A DNA stretch of 64,000 nt from Halocafeteria seosinensis. Its lineage: Eukaryota. Within the stretch, counting starts at the first letter, position 1; every line of letters begins with the position of its first letter. Where the stretch lies: NCBI GenBank assembly GCA_001687465.1, contig LVLI01000350.1, positions 1 to 64,000 of the forward strand, read 5' to 3'. This document shows positions 38,077-52,264 of the stretch, piece by piece. The position numbers were made by a program, and so were the translations under genes. Under the pieces are notes generated by a model. It saw nothing but the letters and a program-made list of their open reading frames with translations, did not search any database and was not told the origin of the DNA.

Positions 38077-40899
38077 ATGAATGGCGATAATGAGTTCGAA
38101 AATCTCCCTCCTGAGAAGGCTGAGGCTCTCCGAAGACGCCTCTTCGGACATGACCGAGGATCCTCTATGGGCTCCAATACGGGGGCAGCAACCGCCCAAG
38201 GCACCCACGGTGGGTGGCATTACGCTACAGGGACATCAGTACGTCTTCACTGAATGACTGGGGAGGGTGTAGTATCATTAAATATGGCTGTAATAATAAT
38301 GCAGGACCACCATCATTCGGAGGAGAATGTATCCAAGACACTAAGCTGGCCTCACGACGATGAAGCACATGCACACAATGGAACGGCGGACAGCGCGGTA
38401 CAGAAGCGAAATCGCAATCCTGTATCGCCCGATAGAGAGCAGGAGAGTGAAGGCGAAGGAACGCAGCGAAGGAAAAAGAGAAAGCCGGTCCCAAAACGAT
38501 TCGGCTATTCATCCTCTTCCTCGAAAGGTATGCTGCTCTCTTGTGGTAGTGTGTTTGAACTGCGCTTTTCACCCCTGTGTGCGCTTATGCAGGTGAAGCT
38601 AGTGGAGATGCCGAAGGCGCTAACTCGCAAAAACAGAGATCTAGCAGGTCTGGCGCTCCGACAGATGTCAGCCCTCCATCTACCACAGGAAGAACCAGCG
38701 AAGATAGTAGACGCAATACTAGCACCGAAAAAAACGCCGCCCTTCAGGGTGGTGCGAAACCGATTCACAGCTACTTTTCTCCTGGGCAAGAAGATGTAGG
38801 GTCAAGCACGACTACCAGCCACACTCAGAGTATTTCCCATTCACAACGACAGGATAGCAGAAAAAAAGGTACAGACTTGAAGAGTGCAAGCGAAAAGCAA
38901 ACTACTGTATCTCCACGAAGGGACGACCCTTCAACTCTGCAAGGTGTGTGCTCTCGTGCTATAGCGTCGGACTGGCCTCTTCGTGCTGGAGTGATATGAT
39001 TATGTGCAGATTCCGCCGCTGAAGATAAGGATAAGAGTACGCAAAATGATCCCAAACTCGTGTCGTATTGGAAACAAAGAGCGCTTAACGCTGAAAGTCA
39101 AGTGAAGGCTCTTCAAGATGACCTAAGGTCGGGTAAACTAGAGTCAGATCATCTACGACAGCAATTGTCGGAGGTTACTGAGCAGTTTCGTTCCGAGCAA
39201 CAAAAATGGCAAAACTCGTACAGTGAAAGCTCAGCGAAATTGGCAAAGATTGTTAGAGATATGACAGAACGCATTGCTCGCAGCAAACGAAAAGAGCTAG
39301 GCGAACAGCAGCACAGGCTCGGTCGTATCGTGCCGCACCGTACTGGTCCACACAACGTCTATGAGGCTTGGGAGGACGGTGCCGAGATTAAATCAGTTAC
39401 TGCTCAAAAGGAAGAACTGAAAGCGCGTCGTGAAGCATTGGAAAAGCAACAAAGGACCATCGCCAATGCGGCTCGCCGGAAGAAGGCCCAGTATCGTAAA
39501 AAGGGTGAATCCGACGGTGAACAGGATCAAGTCAGTCCATTTCGAATGGACCACGACGAAGATTCGAATGGAACTGATAATACTCCTCCAGGACCGGACG
39601 ATCATATGGCTCCGTCCCCAATGAACCCGCCACCTCCCAAGTGCGGTATCGATACTTCTCTCCTCTCCGATCTAGAAAGAGTAGAAGAAGAAGAAAGCGT
39701 TAAGACTGCCCTCTCTGTTATACGCCGCGAGGAGTTGAAACTCGACAACGACTTACAACGGCTGAAACAAGAGAAAGCTGTATTACAGAAGGATTTGAAA
39801 CGTTGCAGAGACGAGGAAAGTACGTTTAGCGTTTGTCAATGCCGAGCTGGCAGAGTTCTCGCAATATTATCGTATGGCTTTCTGTTTTGCAACAGCCTCT
39901 AGGTTTTCTCATCGGCCTATTCTAGGTGAGAAGTATTTACTCTTGAATCTACTTGGCAAAGGCGGATTCTCTGAAGTATGGCACGCCCTGGACCTGAGCA
40001 CCGTTAATGAAATAGCTGTTAAGATTCATCAGTTATCGCCTAACTGGAGTGATATCAAGAAAAGCAATTATATCAAGCATGCGACGAGGGAGTATTCTAT
40101 ACATAGGGTACGTGTGCGCGTGTGGTTTGCAGACGTTTGAAGGGCATTATAGTGATGTACTCTATTCTTGCAGTCACTAAGGCATCCCAACGTCGTCCAG
40201 CTGATAGATGTATTTGAAATAGACTTGAACAGTTTTGCGACAGTTCTGGAGTATTGTCCTGGACAAGATCTTGATCAAATGCTGAAGCAGAATCGAAATC
40301 TTGTTGAGCGCGAGGCCCGGGCAATCCTAATCCAGGTGCTTTCAGCTCTACGTTATTTCAATAATTGCGGGGGACCTTCGGGTACAGAAGGAGCTGAACC
40401 CGCAGAAGCTTCCCAGCAGCGACGCAGAATCATACACTATGATCTCAAACCGGGAAACATCTTGTTCGACTACCACAGGAAAGCGAAAATAACAGATTTT
40501 GGTCTTTCAAAGATCTTGGAAGACGGAGATGGCGGTGACGCTTCGAGCATGGAGTTGACGTCGCAAGGGGCCGGCACGTATTGGTACCTCCCACCGGAGT
40601 GCTTCCACGTCGGCTCTTCACCGCCTCGAATATCTGACAAGGTAGATGTGTGGTCAGTGGGCGTAATCTTTTACCAAATGCTTTACGGCCAAAGGCCTTT
40701 CGGCGACGGCCAAACACAGGAACGCCTGCTACAGGACAAAGTGATCCTACGAGCACAAGATGTTACGTTTCCGGAGAAACCTCCTGTGACCAAAGAAGCG
40801 AAGCGATTCATACAGAAATGCTTAACACCTCAACAGCACTTAAGGCCAGATGTTAAGACTATTTGCCAGGATCCGTACCTACGGATGAGGTTGAGGTAG
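38077..40899 (+). CDS. TLK: Tousled-like Ser/Thr kinase (multi-exon)
   Basis: Coiled coils, [65 protein letters not shown]. Confidence 0.95.
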
Positions 40900-43800
40900 T
40901 GTCGCTTCCAGTTCTTTTTGTGATACGATCACGGTCTATTCAATATCCTCCCATTGACAGAGTTCGCAGCCGCCGGAGGTAGATAGGTCGATCTTGGTTT
41001 CCATAGCTCATGGATCCATACTATTTAGATAATAGTTCACCATACAGTATTAAGGGGACGCGTGAGACTATAGCACCTACGCATGTGTAGTCTGACATAT
41101 GCAGATTTCGGGAATGTACACAGACTCCCAAGTTCACGTTCCAATTCGGTCGCATTTTACCATGTTTTATGCTTGAACCGAAATGTTCGTAGAACCAGTT
41201 TGCCCACTGGTCTATTTGTTCTGTGAGGGCTTAGCTATAACGTGCTGTCATTATCGAGTGTGCTCCGGAAAACTTGCCGTCCATCTAGTTGACTCATTTC
41301 GACAGTCGCAGTACCATCTTCGTCAACTTCGCTGACCTGTGGCGGGTGCCATTTATTCAGCGCCGTGCAATAATTTCGCTAATGTCGGAAGCAAATGCTT
41401 ACGAGGTATCGTTCAGGTTCTTTGAAGAAAGAAATGGCGGCTGTAAAATGGGAGAACCACAAGTCTCTGTAGCTGGGAAGTCCGCAATCAGCCGATGAGG
41501 ACGGAGCGCGCGGGCACCAGGACACTTCGTTCTTCAACAATTTCTCCTTTTGGCGCCAGAGACGACAGAGACAGCATTGAAAAGTGGTTGTGGTGCACAT
41601 TGGGGAATAACGAACATGTGATGCAAATTCATGGAAAAAAGAACATTGGGGACGAAATGCGACACATTCGTTTGCGAGGCAGGAATACCAACCTTAGTTA
41701 CCCCTGATATGACACCCACCACCCAACGGATATTAAGGAACCTCGGTGGAGCTATTCTCAAAGGTACGGCGAGATAATCCTTTCAGTTCATAAAAAGGTG
41801 CCGAATTCATGCAGTTGGACACACCAAAGTACGGCCAGAACGCCTACAGGTATCAGACACCAAGGGACGAATCGTTTCTTCCCCGCGCCGCGACATGAGA
41901 GCCGTGTCATATTCATCTTCCATTCCATATTATTTCTCAGGAGTACGGAAACGACATTCAGCGGAAGGTCGAAGAGGTAACGCATATCCACCGAATGTGG
42001 GACGACGATGGTACCGTAAGTAGAAACCATTTCGGATGATGCTCAACACCATACCGGTGGATTTCCTACACATAGTCTTAAGATACCTGGATGGGCTCTG
42101 AGTCTCACCACAAAAACAGGGACGAAATTGGAAGCAAAAGTCGTGATGGAAAACACAAACTGTTGGTATTGTTCAGAATGTTACTGGAGCTCCAAGCCTT
42201 GCGAATTCCTTGCTGTGATTGCAAGTCGCTGCGAGGGGACCGTCGGCAATGTATTTCGAGCGTACGCCAGGCGCACAAAACTGATACTGTATACGAAAAG
42301 TCAACATACCACGCTGAAGGCAACATACGGAATAGCGGTAAACATCGACGGGGTTTTCGCATTTCCGCGGGAGTCGAGCTATGTTATATGGACCAATCCC
42401 AGGCTGGCTAACCTATATCCGGAAAAGCATTACAGTTGTCTGAAAAGTACTGCTCTAGCAAATGAAGAATTTTCGCCCCTCCATATCGCTCAAACCAGGC
42501 TGACTTGTATCAGGTGTTCTGTGTGTATCAATACTGCTCCTACCGGAAGATGCTCTACGAACGAAATAGGACCGAGCTTTTCAACTATTGGCACTCCTTC
42601 AGCTGATTGAAAAATTCTCAACCATAGGAATGGATCCGATGAAATTAGACTTGTCCCTCGGTCGGCTGGTTTTGCGAGGACTGCTTGTTTCAGTATTGAA
42701 CCTTATGGAACGGAGGTAGGCACTGAACTTGTCTGGTCATCTTCGTCAGCGTGAAGATTGACTGTTACCGTATTGCTACAACTGCAGGACTTGTCAATTC
42801 TGCTGAGAAACATAACAAAACGAAATAATCAAAGCTGTGTAGCCTTTGAAGTGACTGGCCACTACCTGCTCATGCAGGAAACTATCCCTTGTGCACCAAG
42901 TTCAAGGTTCCCGTAAGTGTAAGCGTGTTAAATCAGATCTGCATGTATGGTCGACAGATCTCTTTTGACACTTATGGTTCATATGTTTACTTCAAACTTT
43001 GGTATGCAGAGTTTCAGAGAGAACAAGGTCGACTTTTGAAGACACCGACTCCTTGGGACTCCGATATGAGCATTTGCCCAAGCAGATGACTCCGTGTCAA
43101 ATTGAGCACTGAGTTAATTCTGCCCGTTCACTGGATGGACATATGCTCCATACAGAAGAGCAAACCAAGAAGATCCCCTGTGTTTGGATGAATGTTGGGA
43201 CCATCGTTGTATGTCTCACTCAAAATTCCCGCTGTGATTCTATATAAGTGTGGTATATTTAGGGTGCCAAGTTATTGGTCAACAAAGCATTTGCTTGTCG
43301 GATTCGGAATCCTCTTTGTATTCCCATAAACAGGCAAAGGGAAGCGATAAAGGAAGGCATAAGGACTGGAAAGGTCGTTAAAATGGTTTTGAAATTACCC
43401 GGAGTAGAACTTTGGAAGAATGCCGACGTTCTGGGATTAGAAAAAGACCGAGGAGTCACTGGGTCGGGAACTCCGTGAAACCGTTCGTTCAGGCGCCTTA
43501 ACCTTGATTACGTTCGTTTTCGGGAGAATATACACGCATACATACCCGAGATGAACTTGTGGGCATTATTTGTAGAGCCTACACAAATGATAGCACATGG
43601 AATAGTCCCATTTGAGCATATAGTTGGAGCAAGATCCACCAGTGGAAACCGTTACATGGCGACCGCCGTTCCAATAGGCCACATAACACCTAATTTGTTC
43701 GTATACACTTCTCAAGGACGGGTATCTTATTGGAGACGTGTATTTCCGAAGAGGGGAGGAGTATCCTTGATTGTAAGGCATAAATCGCTGTAGACAGATT

Positions 43801-44952
43801 TTGCGGAAGAACAGCTAAGCCGTGCGACTACACGTACATGTATTAGCGAAGTGATGCAGCGGGAAAGATACGTTTGGTAAAGTAGTGTGTTGTTGATCCA
43901 AGACAGTAGCGAAAACGAAATTCTCCAACGAAACTTAGCTTATTTGTGGTTATTGAATCAGTATTGAGATCTGTCTAAGTAAGTGTTGGTACCAGACATT
44001 CAGCGATCCGGCCGTACTCCGTGGAAACTACTTACCACGACGAAGTGAAAATGACAAAAAGGATTGGGGTGGCGAAGATAGGGGGAAAGCTGGGCTTTTG
44101 ACCTCTTGGGAAAGAATCTTGGTGGGGACATTTGGACGGCGGGTTTCAATGACAATCAATACATATTTATTCTCGGGTCTGTGCAACAACGGGGATTGTT
44201 GCTAATCTTGGAAGGGCGGCAATGTTTTAGTGGCAATGATCTGTATTTCCTGAACGAATTAGATGGCTTTGCATGGGAGCGGGAATGAGGACGCATGCGA
44301 CAGGATAGTTCGCTTTGAGGGGCATGTCGAAAAGGTTATGTTATATCTGTATTCTTCTCATTAAATGAGCCTCTACAAGATGGTAAGGGTGAAGCAGTGG
44401 AGGCCATTACTGGGTGAAGCAAGGCGAAGAGTGCTGTCCCGCAGACGGAGAATGTTTGCTGCGGAGTCAGCTGAACAGCGTTCTGAAGGTCCAGGATAGG
44501 TAAAAACGTTTTCCAAAGCAACGTTACAGCCTATCGACAGTATACAGAACCCATCCAAGTGCTACTAGGGTGCTCATGCTGAAGGGAGTGTCGATACTAC
44601 GAAGACCGGCTCACACTTGTAAACCCTTGCGGGGAAATTTGAGCTGCATTGGAGGAATCGAGATTTTGAGAATCCCCTTTTACCCTCAATTTTCCCCATT
44701 TTCGACATTCTGAGAATTACCGAAGATATCTACAGCATATCCTACATGATTGTTGATGTATGTTGATTCTGTGGATGTTAAGAAGATGGGTTTACCGTCC
44801 ATGGGCAAGATGCGGGATCTTTGCGGGTCCCCATTTGAAGTGCTAACTCCGAGGAGAGGAATCGAATTTTTCTTTTTGTCATTTATTTGCCTCCTTATTT
44901 GTATTTCGGCTACAATGGAGCCATTATTGTTTTTGTGTGTTCGCAAGTGCAG

Positions 44953-46546
44953 GATGCCACCGACACTGCGTCCAAGGCGTACTTCACCCCGGTGCCAGAA
45001 CCCTCAAACAGCCCCGATGAGTACACAGCTGACGAAGGCAACGACGGAAGAGGAATGCGTTAAAAAAGGCAAATACACGCGGCTTCCTGAATTCCCAAAG
45101 AGACTCAGAAAGGCAATACAGGCGGACCCGAGCGTGGTGGACTACGCTTATCCTGTGCATCCAGAGTCAAGGTAAGTGAAAGAACAGAAACCGTTGAACA
45201 TGTGTGAGAATCAATGAATTTTGCCTTACGCAGCGGAAAATGTGGAATAGTATTTAAACAGCCCAAAACATTCCTCGAAAGGTATTGGCCAACTCGTAAG
45301 GCTACGGATAAGTAAGTGCCGTTGGCGACGCGACCAGTCGACTTACTGACTTATTTGTACTGTATTGTTCTTTCTCTCCCATTCACGCAGAGCCCATCAG
45401 GCACTACAGCGCCAATTGAACAAGTAAGTACAGTGTAATGACGGTGAGTATGCAGTACCTCATGGACATCGTGTTACTTCCATGCAGTTATTCCTTCAAA
45501 TATGTGGGTGCTGGTACAAAGGCCAGCAGAAAAAAAGCCTTCAGTATAACGAACGAAGGAAACTTAAAATTCCAAAATCGCTGGTTTAACGACCAATTCA
45601 CCGACACTGAGCTCGCTGAGAAGGTATGTAGAATGTATGTTACGATAATTCAACTCCGTCTCTTGCGTTACCCATTATCCTATGCAAGTTACAGATGCTC
45701 ATGTGCAAAAAATCGTCTACCCAGATGAAATATAAAGCCAGAAAAACCAAGGCAAAGCGATCCCTGTTCAAGGGCAAGAGCAGTAAGACAGTGAAGACTG
45801 CACACCAAGTAGATTATGTAGGTCCATCTGAAGATTCTGAACAGTTGAACCAGGAGGTTAACGCACCGAGCATCTGCACTCCGAAGTATGCAAACGATAT
45901 GCAGCGAATGGCGTCACCCACTTGGCAAGACGAGAACCAGCAGGACGATGATACAGCGACTGCGACTACTACAACCACCCAAGTAATCGAATCCTCGCAT
46001 GAAAATGTTGCAAAACCATACAAAAACCAAGAGCTTGGTACTCTTAACTCACTTGAGATCCCCCCGGAGAAAATGGTTCAACAGTGCAAGTTAAGCACTC
46101 CCACAAATACAGTCCATACGGAGGTGCAGACGGCGGTCTCGGATGTTCAGCGAAAGGAAGCACATGTGTCTGGAGGACTTGCTGTCAACGTTGGTACAAC
46201 CCCGCTCCGGATCCCCCTACAAAGAAACAGGGAGACACCAACTGAACAGAACGATGGCGAGTTCTCAACAGCCCGGAAACGACTAAAATTTGATGGATGG
46301 ATCACAAGCACAAACAACAACAACAACACTTGCCTACTTACAAGTTCCCCTAGATGGCAGCTCGACACAGCCGAGCCATACTGCTCGGATAGCATTCTAC
46401 CAGGTCTTCATTTAGGCGAAACTCCGGTTCGGGAGTGGACAATGCCAATTCCTTCGGAAATGAACCACAGAGTTGGTGATGGCGACTTCTTCGATCTGAA
46501 CTTCACATGTTGGGATTTCTTGAGCCCGATTTCGCACGGACCATAA
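44953..46546 (+). CDS. Divergent HSF-type transcription factor (5 exons)
   Basis: Splicing (including 33-nt exon 45391-45423) gives FPKRLRKAI..GIVFKQPKTFLERYWP..HQALQRQLNNYSFKYV..FQNRWF, matching the HSF RQLNxYxF motif; long disordered tail. Confidence 0.7.
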
Positions 46547-46773
46547 CTTGTGGTCTATAAATGCCTGAGCATTTTCAGAATTATGAACTTGACGAAATCG
46601 TACATTCAAGCCGTTGCAAAATCATGTATACATACCATACACACAGTCCACCACATACATGTATAGGCTTGCCAGTCCTGTTGATGGTGCACATCCGGTA
46701 ACTATACTCCCATACTCTGCAATTGATTGTCATCCAGCGGGAAAGCATCCGGTGCATACAGACGATGATATCA

Positions 46774-47058
46774 TCACGGTCCATCCGATTTCCTCCTCTC
46801 AATTACCACAGTTGAATAATGGTTTAACCCGAGTTTTGATTCCAACGATTCCCACGGGTTCTGAGTCATATCCAGGTGCACTAAAGGGCCACTATTTCGA
46901 TGACCACCTCTTCCTCGTCCACCACCACGTCCTCTCCCTCTCCCTCTGCCCCTCCCTCGTTCAAACGAGTGCGTAGAGTCCTTCTGTATGTCATGCTGCT
47001 GCCGAGGGCGTTTTGCTGGCATCGAGGCAGTCTCTCGGTGAGGCTCCTGTTCATCCAT
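46774..47058 (-). CDS. Small RG-rich protein, MPLKIP/TTDN1-like
   Basis: (RG)n/RGG tract followed by LVHLDMTQNPWESL, similar to the remembered MPLKIP C-terminal motif YFKPSMLEDPWAGL. Confidence 0.45.
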   Translation of the reverse strand: MDEQEPHRETASMPAKRPRQQHDIQKDSTHSFERGRGRGRGRGRGGGRGRGGHRNSGPLVHLDMTQNPWESLESKLGLNHYSTVVIERRKSDGP

Positions 47059-47324
47059 TTTCCAGCAACAGTGTATTAACTGTACAACAAACAATTATTA
47101 AAGTAATTCTTGCTATACGACCAAGCATCGTCAAGATAGAGCTTGAATAAACATTGTCGTGGGACATCAGCGGCTCCTCATTGATGTGACCGGACAAACA
47201 AATGTGCTACTTGGTTATGCTCTCCGTTCTTTCCATTGTATTCACTCTTATTTTGCATTGTTTCAGAGCTTGTACCACCCTGTATATGTGTGTATATCCC
47301 TTATCCACGTAACAGACAAGGAAA

Positions 47325-48957
47325 ATGGAGGAGGAGGAAGCACTGCAACGAGATACGGAGACCGATATACGGTATATCCTCGAGTCCTTCGCCCACGAGC
47401 AGCGTATGTCCTACAAGAGCTTTAAACGCGTTTGGAAGAGCATTAAAGGCCCTCTACTACACCAGTGCCTGGCCGACGATCATTACGACACCAGACAATT
47501 CAACTATCTGAGCGTATACACGCATCTTTTAGGTATGTAGCAGGAGATACAGATGAGGAATCCAAGATATCTTTGATAATGACTGTAATACGCTTTATCC
47601 AGCCCATTTACGTGAACCGAACTTGTTCATTCGTCTGGGTGTGATATACGCCGTGTATACGATCTGCTGGAGCTCACCTTACCAACACAAAACGCCGATC
47701 AAAGTGTGCCCAGGTACGTTGAGCACCTCACAAGATGCTTGTAGGGGACGGACGATATTTGTTATTTCATGGCTTCTCTTGATATTTGCTGTCTCAGAGA
47801 CATGGAAACAAATATTGTCTCTCGTCAGATTTGCTTCTCAGTATGAATTGTCGCGTGTGACCTCACAAACGAATGGAGACACTCGTCCTGGAGACCGTTG
47901 CGATGTTGGAGACATCGTTCGCTTCTTGTATCATAAGAGGATGTGGTCATTCGGTTTGTACAATGGCCCAGAAGGGTTTGAGTATATATCTCTGAAAGCA
48001 CAACGGAGGATATCGTTTGGATTGATGCGTTTGAACGTTGATCCTCCCAGTGGAAACAGCAGCACTGCTCCACCGCCAACCTGCTTGTTTGAGTTACACG
48101 ATACGGGTTACGACTTACCCCAGAAAAGCCGAAATGCTTCAGAAGCGCAGAAGAAAATGAAGAACGAGGAACGCCTCTTGAGAAATTACCGCCGTAATGC
48201 GTCCTTCATCTATGCCAGAGCATCAGGAAGATTAAAAGGCCAAAACCATGTGGAGTGGCACGCAGATGGCCTGGACTCAGCAATAACAGCTGCTGATGCT
48301 TATAGAAGCACGTTGCGTAACCTTGAGAGTAAATCTTCCCTATTTAAGCGGATGAACCTAAGTGCAGGCAACGAAGAATTTGACAGAGCTGCAGATCTCC
48401 TCACCCCCACGAAGCGAAGGAAGAAGGTTGAGGGAAATGTTAACATGGAGTGCTTTCGCGTACCAGAAGATGCATCTCAATATCTATCTGATTACGTGAG
48501 GCCAAGGAAAGAGCTGCAGTTGATGAGAGCTCGGTGGACAGAAATCAAGAAGCAATCCTCAGAGTCTGGTTGGGTGGAGGGTGACACACAGGCTGACGAA
48601 GCTGTGGCTGCACAAGCATTTCGACCCAACAAAAATCCTAAACCAAGGGATACGTTCGCGCCAGCATATCTCTTTGAGCATGGAGGTTCGCAGGAAAATG
48701 TCAAACGGAAATTCGCTGTCGGTTGTGTGGATATGGGTCTCAACTTGAACAGTATCAACCTCTCGAGTCACTCGAAAATATGTCATTTACTAACGGAAAC
48801 AGATATTCCTGCTGACCGAAAGGTCTGTTCGAATGAGGTTCTTGAGGAAGTGTCTTACGCTAACGATGCTCCATTCATCGAAGTAATGAGCAATCTGCCC
48901 GACGATGAGCAGCCTGTTGATGAAGGCGATGGCGAGGAGGAGGATGAAGAAGCATAA
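47325..48957 (+). CDS. SNAPC1: snRNA-activating protein complex subunit 1 (SNAP43)-like (multi-exon)
   Basis: DIRYILESF..SYKSFKRVWK, RLGVIYAVYTI..P..IKV..W match the SNAPc43 N-terminal domain. Confidence 0.7.
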
Positions 48958-49401
48958 AATAGTATTGCACGAGTGGTAGGATTAGCCAGAAAGAGGGCAT
49001 TTCGAAGCGCCGATCAGGACGTATGCTGCCATTCCCTCCTTCATAAGCTTGTGTTGGTACTGTTGAGATATATCATATCGCACAGCCAGTAGACTCTCGG
49101 TCTGGTGCTTCTTGGATGGATATTTCTCGTGCATGTGAAGAATATACGAGGTCGGCAGGCTCACGTGATATTATAAAACGAAACTTCATGTGGTGCTCTT
49201 TACAACTGTTCATATACTTCATTCTTTACGTTCATTGGTACTTCCAAGTTGAAGTTCCAGATTGGAGCTGTGAATGTCGGATTCTTGAAGATAGTCAGTT
49301 CATGGATTTCGTGTTTGTCGCTTCCATACGCTCGTTCGCAGTCAGACTGCATCATGTCTTGCAGCTTCCGCTTGTTGTGCGTGCCGTAGTCGTCGAGAAC
49401 A

Positions 49402-52028
49402 ATGGGGAAAGATGATGGCAAAGAAGACATCACGCCGCAAACGTCGGCCCAGGAAGAGGCCGTCAAAGTGGCTGTACGATGCCGTCCTTTTAATACACGG
49501 GAGAAAAATGGAAACATGAAGTGTGTGGTGGAGACCGAAGAAAGGCGTGATACCAAGTTATACGACCCGGAAAACCCCGAGCAGGACCCTAAAGTGTTCA
49601 CGTACGATCACAGTTACTTTTGGGACTGTGAACAGGAGACAGTGTATAATGACATTGGACGCCCCATTGTCGACAAGGCGCTTCAAGGATACAATGGGAC
49701 CATTTTCGCTTACGGCCAGACAGGTGAGACTTGTATTTCCCTTGACAGGAGTGATGGTAACGTGACATTGCTCTTGTTGCAGGCTCTGGAAAGTCCTACT
49801 GTATGATGGGTGAGGATGAGAACCCTGGAATTATACCCAGATTGAACCAGGACTTGTTCAAGTACGATTTCGTTACTAGCTTTCGTTTTATCTTAGCCCC
49901 TGTTTTACTTAAAATATGGCTCGTCTCTATGGCAGGCAAGTGGAGACAATGAAAGAACAGAGACCGAACAACGAATTTATGATTCTGGTTTCGTACTTGG
50001 AGATTTATAACGAAGTCATCAAGGACTTGTTGAACCCTACCGACAAGCACTTGAAAATACGTGAACACCCGAAAATGGGAGTATACGTGGTAAGTTACAT
50101 GAGTATCAAAACCGACTTTCCAGGTTCTGAATTTATGTGACTGGGGCTTGGTTGTCCAGCAAGATCTAGCTGAATTGGTGGTCGAGAAACCTGAAGATGT
50201 TACGCAATTACTAGAGCAGGGGAACAAAGTCCGACGAGTCGCGGCTACTAACATGAATGATAGAAGCTCGAGAAGTCACTCGTGTTTTATTATAAGGATC
50301 GAACAGAAAGAGAAGGAGGATATGGGAGACGGCAAAGAGCGTGAAACCAAACTCTCAGCGAAGATTAACTTGGTCGACTTGGCTGGCTCAGAGAGAGCAG
50401 AAAAAACGGGGGCAGAAGGTCAACGACTAAAAGAAGGCGCCGCCATTAACAAATCCCTGTCAACTCTAGGAAATGTAATTAATGCTCTGGCTCGAGGTAA
50501 AAACGAGCACATCCCGTATCGTGATTCCAAGCTGACTCGTTTGCTACAACAGTCATTGGGAGGGAATAGTTTAACAGTGATGATTGCTACTATCAGTCCG
50601 GCCGACGACAACCGAGATGAGACGCTTTCCACCTTGCAGTATGCGAATCGAGCCAAGGCAATCAAGAACCAGACCAAGAAGAACGAAGATGTGACACAAC
50701 AAATCATCCGTGAACTACGGGAGGAAATTGAGGACTTGAGAAATAAACTGCGTGAGTACCAAAACGAGGGAAACAATGAAGTAGTGGCTGAAATGAACGA
50801 AAAGCTTGAAAATCTGAACCGTGCGAAGAATGAAACGTGGGAAGAGAAGCAGCGCCTTTCCAAACTTTACGAAGAAGAAAGACAGAAGAATATCCAAAAT
50901 GAGCAGAAGATTCGATCTGTCATGAGCAGTATCAAGGACGACAATAAAGAACTCTTGAAACGCATGAATGAACGATACGATGAAAATAACAAACTGAAGA
51001 AGCAGTTTAAACAGATGAAGGAAAAGTACTTGGGCCTACGGGATACGATGGCGTCGAAGATGACTGAGTATCAGCGGTTGTATGATGAAGATGGTGGAGA
51101 GGATGGCCCGAATAAAGACAGACTTGCAGATGTCGTTTCCGAAATTGAGGAGACTCAAAGCGAAGTAAGGAATCCTCTTTCGATTGAACAGTGATGCTTG
51201 CTACACCCTGTTTCTACTCTTGCCTTGTTTACTCACTCAGGTTGAAAAGTATAACAAGCAATTAAACGATCTAAAATCACAAATAGAAGAAAATGACCGC
51301 CTTTTGAATGAGGAAAAGGCTGAAGCAGCTGCACAGCGCATGATGTTAGAAGAAGATGCTGAGTTACGGAAAGCAATCCAAGAAGAAGAGCGAGCCAACC
51401 TAGAAAAGCAGAACGAAGAGAAGATGAATACGGCCTTGGAGGAGGAACGAAAGCGGCTAAAGGAGGAAGCAGAACGCGAGAAACAAGAGCTCCTGAAGAA
51501 GTTTGGAGAGGAAGATGGGATTCAAAGTTCTCAGCGAGAACACGATCTAGAGCTAGAGCTGCTGCAGGTCAAGAAGGACAAAAGCTTATTGGCGCTGGAA
51601 GTTGATAGGCTGAAGAACGAACACGAGCAGGAAATGAATCATTTGAAACAGGAACATGAGAAGAAGATTCGAGAGCTCAAGGTAAGCAGTGTGTCAAAAG
51701 TGCCATTGCAGTTTGGCCCTTTAATTTGTTTATGTCGACCTATACACAGCGGAAAGAACTACATATGTTTCGAGAATTGACTGATGGCTTTGAAGAGCAG
51801 AAGTCAAAACTTGAGAAGAAACTTCAGCACACAAAGAAGCTATTGCGGCATGTAAGTAACTCCGTCTCTCAATCCCTCATTCATTCAATTCCTAAGCGGG
51901 TATTGCTTGACTCTCAGGCGTGTGATGACATTAATACTTTGTTGCAACGCAATAAGGCATTGGAAGCGGAACTGGGATACCCAAAGGAAGAACCAGTTCT
52001 AAACACCCAACAAACCACTGCTAGCTAA
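49402..52028 (+). CDS. N-terminal-motor kinesin (kinesin-3-like motor) with coiled-coil tail (multi-exon)
   Basis: VAVRCRP, spliced FAYGQTGSGKS, SYLEIYNE, IREHPKMGVYV, NDRSSRSH, LVDLAGSERA, HIPYRDSKLTRLL. Confidence 0.95.
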
Positions 52029-52264
52029 GCTACATTCAGAAAATATACGCTTCACACGCCCATACACATGATACTACCCAAATGCCATATTATGCCCCCT
52101 TGGCCATTACTGTATCCTTGATTGGTTGAAGCACCGTAGTCTTCTCAAGATCTCCTTTAATTTTTGTTTAGAAGTTGTTGTTGTTGAACGCTAGCATTCT
52201 TTCTTTCGCTTGATGCTATTTCTCTACGTATTACTTACCGTCGTGGGCCAGTAATTAAGCCAAT

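Noticed and set aside
49200..49601. Long antisense ORFs such as 49200-49601, 34090-34674 and 50420-50863
   Set aside because: They overlap well-supported genes on the opposite strand and have no recognisable motifs.
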